The notes beneath the pieces were generated by a model, which was not told where the DNA came from, ran no database searches, and was given only the letters and a program-made list of their open reading frames with translations. 64,000 nt of DNA from Macrostomum lignano (lineage: Eukaryota): the NCBI GenBank assembly GCA_002269645.1, contig NIVC01000969.1, forward strand, positions 1-64,000. The letters run 5' to 3'. Position numbers and translations under genes: made by a program. Each line of letters starts with the position of its first letter. Positions within the stretch are counted from its first letter, which is position 1. Below, piece by piece: positions 22,601 through 33,981 of the stretch.

Positions 22601-25600
22601 ACAGAAGCTGCGTACCCAAGTCCCATCCATGCTTGTAGGCTGGTGAGAACTTCTGAGCGGGAAACTACAGAAGATACTTCAGGTGTTCAACTGCATCCCT
22701 TTACAGAGGTGAGAAAATCCTGTGCAATCTTAATACTTTCATTTCCCATTCTGATCTTCTCATTAAATGCTTTTTCAGAGATCCCTCACTGACGCATCAA
22801 GTCATGTAATAACCAAGATCTCAGAGTATAGACTCAGCATTAGCGCACACATGCAAGCAGCTGGGCAAAAGATACAGTGCGTGTCGACTGTCGGTGAAAG
22901 CAGTGAAAAATCGGTGAAATCAATTTCGCTGCCTGAGCTTGTAGGTAAGCAAAAATATTGGAGGGCGAATACTGGCAGGTACCTGGAATTTCTCATAATG
23001 GATGAAGATGAGTTGTATTGAAATGATAAAAACTGCAGTTCCAAGCAAGCCGGAGTTTCTGCTACCGCCAATCACGGATTGGAAAGACGGCCACTCCGTC
23101 TCAGTTGCTGTCAACTCATCAACAGACAGCGCTGTTACAACCAGCCACCGCTGCTTGCTGGAGACTCGAGACGGCAACAGAAGTCTCAACGCTACTCAAG
23201 TGAGTCTTGCTTTGGTTTCATGCCGTCGTAATGTCGGTTTAAATTAATAATTTACAATTGCAAAAAATTGAATGATTTTCATCTAACATCGAATATTTCC
23301 TTCATGCGCCGCTGAAAAGCATTCAGCGTTCTGAGCATGAGCAGGCTTTGTTTCTCATTGAAATTTTAAAACTATTCTGAAGCTCAGATTGGACACCGTG
23401 CTCATAAAAAATATGAAATTTCTAAATTGCTACAAATTTCGGTTTGTTCTCTTCCATACATGTCCATACACAGGACTTACGTATTCTCGCATGGTAGACA
23501 CTTCTCAAATCGAAATTCCAGGTAACAAATAAAAGCAGTAAATTCGAGTTGGATGTTGATAGACACTGGGGAAACGCAGCCTCTCTGGTCTGTTTGGTAA
23601 ATCAGTCCGGACTGATCCAGACATGGACTCGCCATCGGCTACCGAAGGTGCTCTGTGAGTCTCTGATGCCATGACTTTCTTCACAAGCCCATTCTGCATT
23701 TGAAGATTAAATCACGATTGCATTTTCGAATTCAGACAAGGCCGAAGGGCTGGCCATCCGTATTTTGTCAGGAGACCTGGTGAGTGATGAAGAAGCCAGC
23801 TTCTCAGTGACTGCATCTGACTCAGGATACCCAGCGGCTCTGCACCAGTGCAGAATCGAGAGCAAGAGCCTCGGAGAAGACAAGGTATGAGGCTGATGTT
23901 ATTGCTCATTCAGAGTTCCCAGCCAGCAGTTCAATGCTACAATTTCGGTTGACCATTCCGCAGACTGCAGAGTCAGACGGCTCAAGTCACTGGAGATTCA
24001 CGCCTCAGCGAGGGCACAACGGTGAACAAATCAGATGCGATGTGGTGCAGAAACTGAGTGGCTCTTTGATATTCAGTCAGACTGTAAACAACTCTAATCT
24101 GGAGGTTAAATGTGAGGCTCATGCTTTATTATGCTGCATGCTGTGATCCCGACCGATACAGTAGGGCTGCTTGCACTTCAGACAAGGCAACTGTCACGTG
24201 GCCCAGAAATATCGCTCCGAAAAAGGAAGGAGAGGCTCTGTCATTCGTTGTGCTCACAGACGGCAACCCAGAGCCCAGCAGTCAGTGCTGGCTGCAGCTG
24301 GTTTCTGGCGCACAGGTGAGTCTTTGATTTGGGATGATGCTGGTTTCTGGCTCACAGGTGAGTCTTTGATTTGGGACTGATGCTGGTTTCTGGCGCACAG
24401 GTGAGTCTTTGATTTGGGATGATGCTGGTTTCTGGCTCACAGGTGAGTCTTTGATTTGGGATGATGCTGGTTTCTGGCTCACAGGTGAGTCTTTGATTTG
24501 GGACTGATGCTGGTTTCTGGCGCACAGGTGAGTCTTTGATTTGGGATGATGCTGGTTTCTGGCTCACAGGTGAGTCTTTGATTTGGGATGATGCTGGTTT
24601 CTGGCTCACAGGTGAGTCTTTGATTTGGGACTGATGCTGGTTTCTGGCTCACAGGTGAGTCTTTGATTTGGGACTGATGCTGGTTTCTGGCGCACAGGTG
24701 AGTCTTTGATTTGGAATGATGCTGGTTTCTGGCTCACAGGTGAGTCTTTGATTTGGGACTGATGCTGGTTTCTGGCGCACAGGTGAGTCTTTGATTTGGG
24801 AGTGATGCTGGTTTCTGGCTCACAGGTGAGTCTTTGATTTGGGACTGATGCTGGTTTCTGGCTCACAGGTGAGTCTTTGATTTGGGAATGATGCTGGTTT
24901 CTGGCTCACAGGTGAGTCTTTGATTTGGGACTGATGCTGGTTTCTGGCTCACAGGTGAGTCTTTGATTTGGGAATGATGCTGGTTTCTGGCTCACAGGTG
25001 AGTCTTTGATTTGGGACTGATGCTGGTTTCTGGCTCACAGGTGAGTCTTTGATTTGGGAGTGATGCTGGTTTCTGGCTCACAGGTGAGTCTTTGATTTGG
25101 GAATGATGCTGGTTTCTGGCTCACAGGTGAGTCTTTGATTTGGGAATGATGCTGGTTTTTGGCTCACAGGTGAGTCTTTGATTTGGGAATGATGCTGGTT
25201 TCTGGCTCACAGGTGAGTCTTTGATTTGGGACTGATGCTGGTTTCTGGCTCACAGGTGAGTCTTTGATTTGGGAATGATGCTGGTTTCTGGCTCACAGGT
25301 GAGTCTTTGATTTGGGAATGATGCTGGTTTCTGGCTCACAGGTGAGTCTTTGATTTGGGAATGATGCTGGTTTCTGGCTCACAGGTGAGTCTTTGATTTG
25401 GGAATGATGCTGGTTTCTGGCTCACAGGTGAGTCTTTGATTTGGGATGATGCTGGTTTCTGGCTCACAGGTGAGTCTTTGATTTGGGAGTGATGCTGGTT
25501 TCTGGCTCACAGGTGAGTCTTTGATTTGGGATGATGCTGGTTTTTGGCTCACAAGTGAGTCTTTGATTTGGGAGTGATGCTGGTTTCTGGCTCACAGGTG

Positions 25601-28600
25601 AGTCTTTGATTTGGGATGATGCTGGTTTTTGGCTCACAAGTGAGTCTTTGATTTGGGATGATGCTGGTTTCTGGCTCACAGGTGAGTCTTCAATTTGGGA
25701 TGATGCTGGTTTCTGGCTCACAGGTGAGTCTTTGATTTAAGAGTGATGCTGCTTTCTGGCTCACAGGTGAGTCTTTGATTTGGGATGATGCTGGTTTCTG
25801 GCTCACAGGTGAGTCTTTGATTTGGGAGTGATGCTGGTTTCTGGCTCACAGATGAGTCTTTGATTTGGGAGTGATGCTGGTTTCTGGCTCACATGTGAGT
25901 CTTTGATTTGGGATGATGCTGGTTTCTTGCTCACAGGTGAGTCTTTGATTTGGGAGTGATGCTGGTTTCTGGCTCACAGGTGAGTTTTTGTTTTATGATG
26001 ATGCTGGTTTCTGGCTCACAGGTGAGTCTTTGATTTGGGAGTGATGCTGCTTTCTGGCTCACAGGTGAGTCTTTGATTTGGGAGTGATGCTGCAGTCTCG
26101 GTGTTTCATAATAATCACTATTCTCGTTCCAGGTAGACCTGCATAAGCTGAAGCATTCCATGTTTGACAGCACCTTCAACGTCACTGTTAATAGGTCAAT
26201 GAACCGAGCCAACTTGAGCTGTGTTTTGACTCAACTTGGACTTCCATCTTCAACGGAGCAGAGCTTCACCCAATTGATCACAGTATTTTGTAAGTTTACA
26301 GTATCCATTTTCATAGGGTTCATAAAGAGGTATACAATTTGTAAATGAGTGCGTATCATTTGAGCCAATGGAGACATTTCCTGTCGCTTAGGAGGCTCTG
26401 ACTTGAAGCACTTCTTAACTCGTAGACTGAAAAATAATATCGACCCAACCATCCTACAGATCAGCCTCAGCCTCCACTCACCATCGACTTGGCTCAGACT
26501 GTCTACGAAGGCACCGACGTCACCTTCACGGTGCGGTCGGGCGCTGGAAACCCCAGCGTCACCCACAGATGCCACGTGTACAACGAAGAAATTGTGAGCG
26601 CAATATTTGCTCATCAAATCACCTGAATTGCAGCTGTGATTTAACACAGAGTTGATCATTCCAGGAAGTTCAAAACAGCATGAAAATCGAATCGGAGTAC
26701 TTGACAATGGTGAACTATGCACCCAACAGTCATGACACATTTGTGAGCTGCACGGCCGAGCAGATGCACCGCTCTGATGTTGTGTTCACCAGCAGCATCA
26801 GAAGGAGCATCACCGTCAATTGTGAGAAATCAAATGCCATTTTATTAGCATGCAGCCTGGCATTTACTTGAAAACCGGAGTATCCACTTTAACTTCAGAC
26901 TTTGCGCACAACTCCATGGACGTCAGTCCGGCAGACGGAGTTCTTGCTGGAGATCGAGTCGAAGTGACACTCAGATCTTATGGTGGCCGGCCTGCCGTCA
27001 CTCAGCATGAGTGTTCGCTTGGAGGCTCTGAGCTGACTATGGAAAACGTATGCTTTTTATCACCTGAGTGCTTTTGAATTGACTGTAAGCCTTCTTCAGG
27101 CATCCTAAATGATCAATTTGAGAATTTTTCTACAGGTAACAAGGCGTCCCACCGAAGTGAAGTTCACGTTCCGTGCATCGAAAGAGCACGACGGCAAGGT
27201 GCTCGCCTGCAAATTCGTCCAGGATGAGCGACTGATTGAGTGGAAGAGAGAGAATCTCAGCGTCTTCTGTAAGTACAGTTTGAGTTGTTTATTGGTGTGA
27301 AAGTATGGGGGTATCTTCTACATTGAAAAGTAACTCGTTAAGCCACACTGATGTAAATGTGCACTGCTTTTTCGCACCTGTAGACAAAGCGGATTTCGAC
27401 TCTGAGGTACGAATCATAAAGAGAAAAGTCAGGTGGAACACGACAGTCCAGTTCAGCATCTCCTACTCTGATGTGGGAAACCCGTCCGCCAAGCACTTCT
27501 GCCGCATCGGCTCTCGGCCACTCACCGATGCTGAGGTGCGAAAATGCTGACCCACATTTTTGTGCCCGCTTTATGTAAGTAACAAGGTAATTAGAGGTTG
27601 TAATGGAAAACATCTGGTCAAAATACATTTCAGTCGGTTTCGGCATCACAAATATTGTCGCGCTGGAAGTTCAAGGCTCAAGTCGGAGACAACGGTCAGA
27701 AGATTGTCTGCCAGGTGGTGCAAAATGATCGAAATGGCGGCCGAGTCTTTAACCAAACAGTTGCCAGCCAGAGTCTTGATGTGCTCTGTAAGGATTGAGT
27801 TTATGTGCTGTATTGATTTCTTCAATGGAGCTATTTACAATTATTCCAATGTAATCAAGCACTTTGATTGTCACAAGTTCACTGTTTACAGCATCGTTTT
27901 TCTTAATCTCTCCATCTTTTCAGACCCAGTCAGGTACTCAGGATTTCTATCCCAGCCACCGTCAGTGACGGAGGGCGATCCCTTGGTTATTTCTTTCTTA
28001 TCAACATCAGGAAACCCCGAGCCTCGTCACCGATGCTGGTTGCAGACACCTGAAGGTCGGATGGACGCAGTCAATCTAACAGAGGCGAGGACAGGTGTGG
28101 ACCTCTCGACGAACTTCAGTGTGACTTCCGTAAAGCAGATGAATGGAGGATCTGTGGTTTGCCGCGTCCGTCAGAAGGGCCTTGAGGACCTGGACAATGA
28201 GTTCTCCCACAAAATTAATGTTTTCTGTGAGTTCTCTGTCGCGACTGCTGCAACTTTTATAACAATACAAAATCTAATAAAAAAACGTTCGTTTTTCCGT
28301 TCCAGTCCGATCGGAGGTGGACCTGACCGGCTCAAAGATTTCACGATCCACAGTGGTTGTCAGCATCAATGTGACGGATGGAAACCCGACACCGCTGGTG
28401 AACTGCTCGCTGCTCTCAAGCTCTGGAACTCGACATGTGGGTTCTCACTGTGCACAGTTGCTCCACTTCCATTTGCATTGAGTAGCTTTAATGCAGCTGA
28501 GCCGGTCTTTTTAGGAGCTGTCCAGGAAGGACTCGGCAATGCTAAGAGTCGGACTGCATGAGATAAAAGTCGATCTGCTTCCAAGAGACCAGCGTCAGTC

Positions 28601-29323
28601 AGCCAACGTCACGTGTTCTGTGAAGCAAGACTATGCGGGTTTCAGTAACAGCAGCCTTGTCTTCTTGGCACTCAAAGCTGACGAGAGTTTTCAAGCTAGC
28701 GACCAAGAAAGTGGGCAAGTCTGTGTAGTCCAGCTTTGCTGCATTCGTCTTTCTAAACTCTAAAAATAATCGCATCACTTTGTCTCATTTTATCTGATCA
28801 ATCAGAGCATGGGAGCCTCAGCTGGAATCAAATGTTCCAAATTCTCTGTCTGTGCGCAGTGGTTGGTGTCGCCATCGTTCTGTCCATCTCGCTGCCTGCC
28901 ACAGTCTACGTCTGGAGGCGAACTGCATCGCCTCGGTTGGGAATTCAGTGGCAGCACGGAGCAGCCACAGACAGGAGACCAGCTGACGTACCTCTGGTCC
29001 CTGTGACTGCTGCTGAGCGAGACCCCAATGTATAATTATTGCATTTCAGTATTGCTTGCTCAATTTGCAGGTTAATCTGTGAATGAAGCTGACAATCTGC
29101 GGCACTTTTCAGACCGTCTACTACTACGAGGAGAACCCGGCGCTTCCGGATCGGCCTCCGAGCGTTGAGGAGACGGACGCGAATGTAAGTCTATTGTCTG
29201 CATCTTTGCCAGATGCTCTCAGTGCATGCTCAGTGCAGGATTCAGTTCCGCTCATTGCAGATGGCGAACTGTTCTGAGGAGGAGCAGACGGCTCAGGGAG
29301 CTGTCGAATTCTACGTGCAGTGA
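19675..29323 (+). CDS. Copy B: lectin-like + 10 Ig-like domain type-I membrane receptor, about 1335 aa, 26 exons
   Basis: Exons 19675-19732, 19811-20032, 20099-20286, 20992-21076, 21155-21351, 21506-21638, 22500-22708, 22779-22944, 23039-23199, 23522-23654, 23736-23884, 23964-24111, 24182-24315, 26133-26289, 26460-26593, 26665-26821, 26899-27047, 27136-27268, 27384-27535, 27634-27787, 27924-28226, 28306-28436, 28515-28710, 28806-29029 (TM ILCLCAVVGVAIVLSISLPATVYVW), 29113-29184, 29261-29323. All GT-AG; lengths sum to 4008 nt in one open frame. Confidence 0.88.
20322..20965. repeat. (ATAGGTGCAA)n 10-bp tandem repeat in intron 3 of copy B
   Basis: Direct reading; homologous arrays at ~34636-34920 (C) and ~47445-47755 (D) have different lengths. 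Confidence 0.95.
21770..22243. repeat. ~29-bp minisatellite (CAGCAGGTGCAGTACAAATGACACCCTAG)n, intron 6 of copy B
   Basis: Direct reading; also in C and D. Confidence 0.95.
24297..26090 (+). repeat. 42/43-bp splice-donor minisatellite, copy B (about 42 units)
   Basis: Unit GCTGGTTTCTGGCTCACAG|GTGAGTCTTTGATTTGGGA(n)TGAT, beginning inside exon 13. Confidence 0.95.
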
Positions 29324-30149
29324 AAGTGATTTGCAAGTTCGAGTTTCACTGCTCAGACTCTGCTTTGGAGAAACCAAAACTGCACATACGAGAGCATTGG
29401 CTGACCGAGCCTGCTTATATAGGCTCATTGCATGCTTCCCAGGTTTCTGTGTATAAGACTGGCAATGCTTGTCAGACACTAAGTAGCGATATCAAAGAAA
29501 TATTTTTATTTTCTTTTCTGTCTTGCTGGATAATATTTTAAACAATAACTCGATTACCTTGAGAATCAAAGATGTCGAATCGAATCAGTGCCGTCAGTGT
29601 TGTGTATGATGGTGACAATGCTCGTCAGGCGCTATGTACGAGGAGCGTTGCAAAGGTTTCCGGACTGTGTTTACAGTGAACGACATGAACGCCCACAACT
29701 CCTTGCACAGCTGCTCTAATGAATGAAAAAGCTGCAAAATGATTCGAACTTGTAAGTAAATTTTTTACAATTTAGAACAGGTACACATGGGCTTTGTTAT
29801 AACGATTGGGAAATTCAAATTTATCACTGGCTGGCACCGTCTTACTACTGGCGGGTGCTCCGACGCCGCGGTTAGGCCGCGAGGCCCCTTTCGCACGCTA
29901 TCACCGTCACTGTCGCCATTTTCCCCTGCCGTTGACATGCCAGGATGAAGTGCCGTTGGCTCTCCTTTGATCCAATAGTTCGAAGCATTTTTGCTCGGTG
30001 CATTGCCTCGTTTGAGTGACCGAAAAATTAGCAGCTTAAAAGTACAATTTGCTCTGTGTACTGTGATATTCCATCAGCAGGTTGTCTGTGGAAAATGTTT
30101 TCAAATCGTTTTATAAAACCCAGGCATGATTTTGCTCAGCATGTAGAAT

Positions 30150-31400
30150 CGCTCACAGTTTTACCAGTCAACAGTGAAGCTGTGCAAGGAGTTGTGGGTA
30201 AAGTTCAGTTTTTTTGGACATTGCTGTCGTTCACTGTAAACAGAGACCGGAAACTTTTGCAACCCCTCAAAGCGTTCAGGATATTTGCAGAGATTGTATA
30301 GACAAGAATGATCTTGATTTTCGTCTTCTTGTCTAATAATGATATTATTATTGTAACAGTAAATCGATTAGCTCCAGAATAATTCGCTACGGATTGGCTA
30401 TTAGAGCAGTCAAATTGGTAAAAAGCAGACAACTCTGATTCGCATAACTTTTTGTTTTCGGAGAAACGACTGTCAAGCGTTAATTTGCGATCCTCTGGTC
30501 TGCCTTGCCTGGTAGTCGGGATTGAAGCTTTATTTCGACCTGACTGAATGAGACAATGCCTGCCGCATCATTGAGAATAAAATCGAGTTGATGTCTGGCA
30601 GAAGGAATCAAATCGCTTTTCTAAGCCTTGGATTTCTTTTTGCAGCCATTGGTGAAGATGAATATCATTGAAATAATCTTTTTACACTTCGATATGTTAT
30701 CCCAGTGCATATTCTTTAAATTTTATTCCTGTTTTAAGACTGTCTGACTCACAGCATCAGCTCACTACTTACAATGCTGCCTTTGTTTGCGGTATTGGGT
30801 TAATTATTAAATTGCATTATATTGTTAACAGGGCCTGTAAAAATTCAGCATGTGATCTACTGACCCATTACTTTATTAGTCACTCAAGAGCTGTACTTCA
30901 GTGTTTATCTCTTGCCAAGTGGATCTTGTATTTGGCAGAGGCATAAACTTATGTTGCAGCTGCGAGATTCTGCAACACCTCATATTATTTGCTGTAGCCG
31001 CTCGAAAACACCGTTTTATCAGATTATACACTGCCACACCAACGCATTGGCATTGAAGCAGTGTCAGCCTAGTAAACTTCTAAGTGTAAGAAATATTTGG
31101 AGTGAACTCCGAAATTGATAAATTTCTAAATATAGTAAACATTTCAGCTCGGACTTTTAACGATTCTCTTGGAAGTTGGATTGTTTCCTCATGCGTAATC
31201 ATAATTGTTCAGTACATCCCTGTGAGCCAACCAGCAGTGCGCCTCAGTGCGGCTTCCCTGCGTCTCTGACTTCGGTGCCCACTGGCCTTCAGCTTGTTGA
31301 CCTTCAACTGTCAGTTGAAGTTAAACAGAATTCTTTCCAATTTCTAGCAGGACAAAAAACCAGAGACGGGGCTAAATGACAAACAAATAACAGATTTGCA
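30150..31400 (-). pseudogene. Possible decayed leucine-rich-repeat coding sequence in the spacer (homologous remnants after A and C)
   Basis: 121 stop-free codons at 30567-30205 containing LSAFYQFDCSNSQ and ILNALRGCKSFRSLFTVN; nearby frames give KKLNFTHNSL, NGVFERLQQI and KLERILFNFN; many stops and frameshifts. Confidence 0.35.
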
Positions 31401-32362
31401 GCAGGCAGACAGTGGATCAAGGATTACTTAAGTAGATGGATGCAACACTCGAAAGCTATAGCAATTTTTGTCCGATATCTATCAGTCGTCCTTGCAGTGA
31501 AATTTTAAACAGTTGGAAGATGGCTGCCTGAGGCGAGAGCGAGGCTGTATTTAGAAACAGAACTTGACCTCCTCGTGCGCCACGCGCGCTGAGAAGCTCA
31601 AATTATCGATGGTGCAACTGCTTGCGAAAACCTTCAACACATGCAAGCAAAAAAGATAAAACGGCCCGATTGGGGGCCACCACACGCAAAATTACACCGA
31701 CGAGATAGGAAAAAGAAGGATTATTGTCATTTTTTATGCATAAATCTGACAAGTTCTTTCAGACTGCTCAATGTCGGAGTAGTTCTATTAGAAGTAACAA
31801 ATTATGAGTTTGCTTGTAGATTCTCAATAAGGTGCAGAGTTTGATATTCGTCAAAGTTGAATTTTGAGTTGCATAAATCGAAAATCATTGGCCCGCACAG
31901 ACGCTGCTATGTTCTGCGAGCCTCATCAAGCAACAGGCTTCACCCAAGGCACCCCAGCAGACGAGAACATCCTGCTCTGAATGAGAAGCGCAAGCGCCAG
32001 CTTTTTGCGCTGATGGCGGATTCAATATCGACCCCCAAGCAATGACTTTATCATTTACGACAGAGTCTGACCCCGAGTCGGATTTGACATGGCAGCAATT
32101 TCTGATCAAAATGATCAATACAAAAGTAAAGCGGGAAAGAATATTCGTATGGAAATTGGCACAATAAACTATGTAAAATAATTAATGCCGCACTTTCCAA
32201 TCATGCAGCTTACTACTCAAAGTTTCTCTTTCAAAATTTTCGAAACTTTTCATTCGAGCGATAGATTTCGATATCGCAGCCAATATATATGTGTTCACTA
32301 CTCATAGTAGCTATTTAACTCTATTCGTTGGTTTTGTTGAAAGCGTATATAAATCACATCTA

Positions 32363-32912
32363 CAAGGGCGTCGCCATGGATTTTATGGTGGGGGGGGAGA
32401 AACAAAGCCAAGAATTCTACATGTACATAATTTTCAGAATCGGTGTTGTCAGCGCACATTTTGGCGCCGCAGGCACTCATTTTGGCGCCGCAGGCACTCA
32501 TTTTGGCGCTGCAGGCACTCATTTTGGCGCTGAAGGCACTCATTTTGGCGCCGCAGGCACTCATTTTGGCGCCGCAGGCACTCATTTTGGCGCTGAAGGC
32601 ACTCATTTTGGCGCCGCAGGCACTCATTTTGGCGCTGAAGGCACTCATTTTGGCGCTGAAGGCACTCAATTTGGCGCTGAAGGCACTCATTTTGGCGCTG
32701 CAGGCACTCATTTTGGCGCCGCAGGCACTCATTTTGGCGCTGAAGGCACTCATTTTGGCGCTGCAGGCGCTATGTTTTGTTGCCCTGTAGCAAAATAATC
32801 GAAGGGTCCAAAGGTCGGGTGGGGGGGGGGACAAAGCATTGGCAAATCCCCCATAGCATTTACTGGGGGGTCATGTCCCCCTGTCCCCCCACCCCCGGTG
32901 GCGACGCCCCTG
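32363..32912. mobile_element. hAT-like MITE carrying a 21-bp minisatellite
   Basis: TIR CA(A/G)GGGCGTCGCCA; 8-bp TSD CACATCTA/CACATCTG; absent at the homologous sites before B (~19480) and D (~46595); internal (GGCACTCATTTTGGCGCYGMA)n at ~32452-32768. Confidence 0.8.
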
Positions 32913-33082
32913 CACATCTGTATTCCACCAATGACAAATGAGATTAGCGGTATTAAAACGTTAATCTTCACCAAACACATGCAGTTTCACCCAGGAGAGA
33001 AAATTCGCAACCGAGCCAGCAGTTTTCACTCCAAAGCACAGCTGCTGCTGCTGCTGCTGTTCCAGTTGCCAAGGAAACACTG

Positions 33083-33951
33083 TGATGTGTTCCTTATTAC
33101 CCGACTCTCGATAATCAAGGAACAATCACTTCTAGCTCAACAGCTAGGCAACCCAGTAAGTCAATTAAAGGTACTTCTTACCTTGACGTCGCTTGGAGAT
33201 ATCTCTTCTGTAGTCTTCGAGTAGATCTCGCTTGGATCTCTTTGTGATCTCGTAGATCAGGCGCCTTGATTCTTCAGTTGCTCTGGTCCTGGTTCCTCTT
33301 GTACTTCCGGTAAGTTCTTCCGGCCGGTATCTTCCGCCAGGACCAATCAGAGGCCTCGTATCAACAATGGGATCCCTGCGCCAAACTGCGGTCTAGATTA
33401 AGCCTCCTTCTTCTAGCAGTGCCTCTATGCACTCTAGGTATAGCTCCGGAAACCACTGATAGTCCTCTAAGATCTATCAGGGGCAGTCCTTCTGGAGACT
33501 GCAACCAATGGAGTCTAAACAGACTCAAGAGTCTCAACAGACTCAAATAGACTCAAGTCTCACTAGACTTGAGCGAGACGTCTCTAACACAACAGGCGCA
33601 AATAAGGAAGGCTTACCGCAACAACTCGACCGAGTCTCGATTGACTTGGTGATCAGGAAGTCCTTCTAAGGCTTCCTCTTCGGAGCTTCTCCTCTCGTCG
33701 GGAGTTGGCTCCTGGTCCGCTTCGGACCGCTTGTATTTATAGGCAAGTTTTTGGTCCGGAATAGTATCATGACAATCCACGTGTTGCGCTAAAAGGGGAA
33801 ATGGCTCATTGCGTATCATTTTGGTAGCATCTTCTTCTGGTAGCGCAATTCATTCAAAGCTTAGGCGCGCATGCGTGTACTTACTAACTTGTAGTAGCAT
33901 TATACGATTACCTTCTTTTAACCTTTTTAACGGGAGGTAGAACACTCTACA
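33083..33951 (-). mobile_element. Solo LTR (869 bp) in the 5' leader of copy C
   Basis: TG...CA termini and 4-bp TSD ACTG (33079-82 / 33952-55). Empty site AAACACTGAAAGC is seen in copy D. Minus-strand TATAAA at 33736-41 suggests antisense orientation. Confidence 0.85.
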
Positions 33952-33981
33952 ACTGAAAGCTGCTCTTCTTCGTCAGCTGTC

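Noticed and set aside
24297-26090. CRISPR-like appearance of the regular repeat arrays
   Set aside because: No unique spacers and no cas genes; the context is a spliceosomal-intron eukaryotic gene.
24282-26212. SQKPASSQIKDSPV / GESLIWDDAGFWLT repeat ORFs
   Set aside because: By-products of the 42-bp minisatellite; broken by 43-bp units.
27560-28561. 333-aa ORF (also 53355-54143 and 41528-42124)
   Set aside because: Only exon 21 is in the true coding frame; the rest is intron or out-of-frame exon.
29113-29323. ITAM in the A/B/C tail
   Set aside because: No YxxL/I-x6-8-YxxL/I and no charged TM residue, so an activating role cannot be claimed from sequence.
32298-32834. Three overlapping ORFs of 115-178 aa (SAKMSAC / GAAGTHF / LAPQALI)
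   Set aside because: In-frame 21-bp minisatellite inside a MITE.
33728-33742. 14-bp identity GCTTGTATTTATAG between the solo LTR and the HLH promoter (60193-60206)
   Set aside because: No flanking homology; most simply two TATA boxes in similar context.
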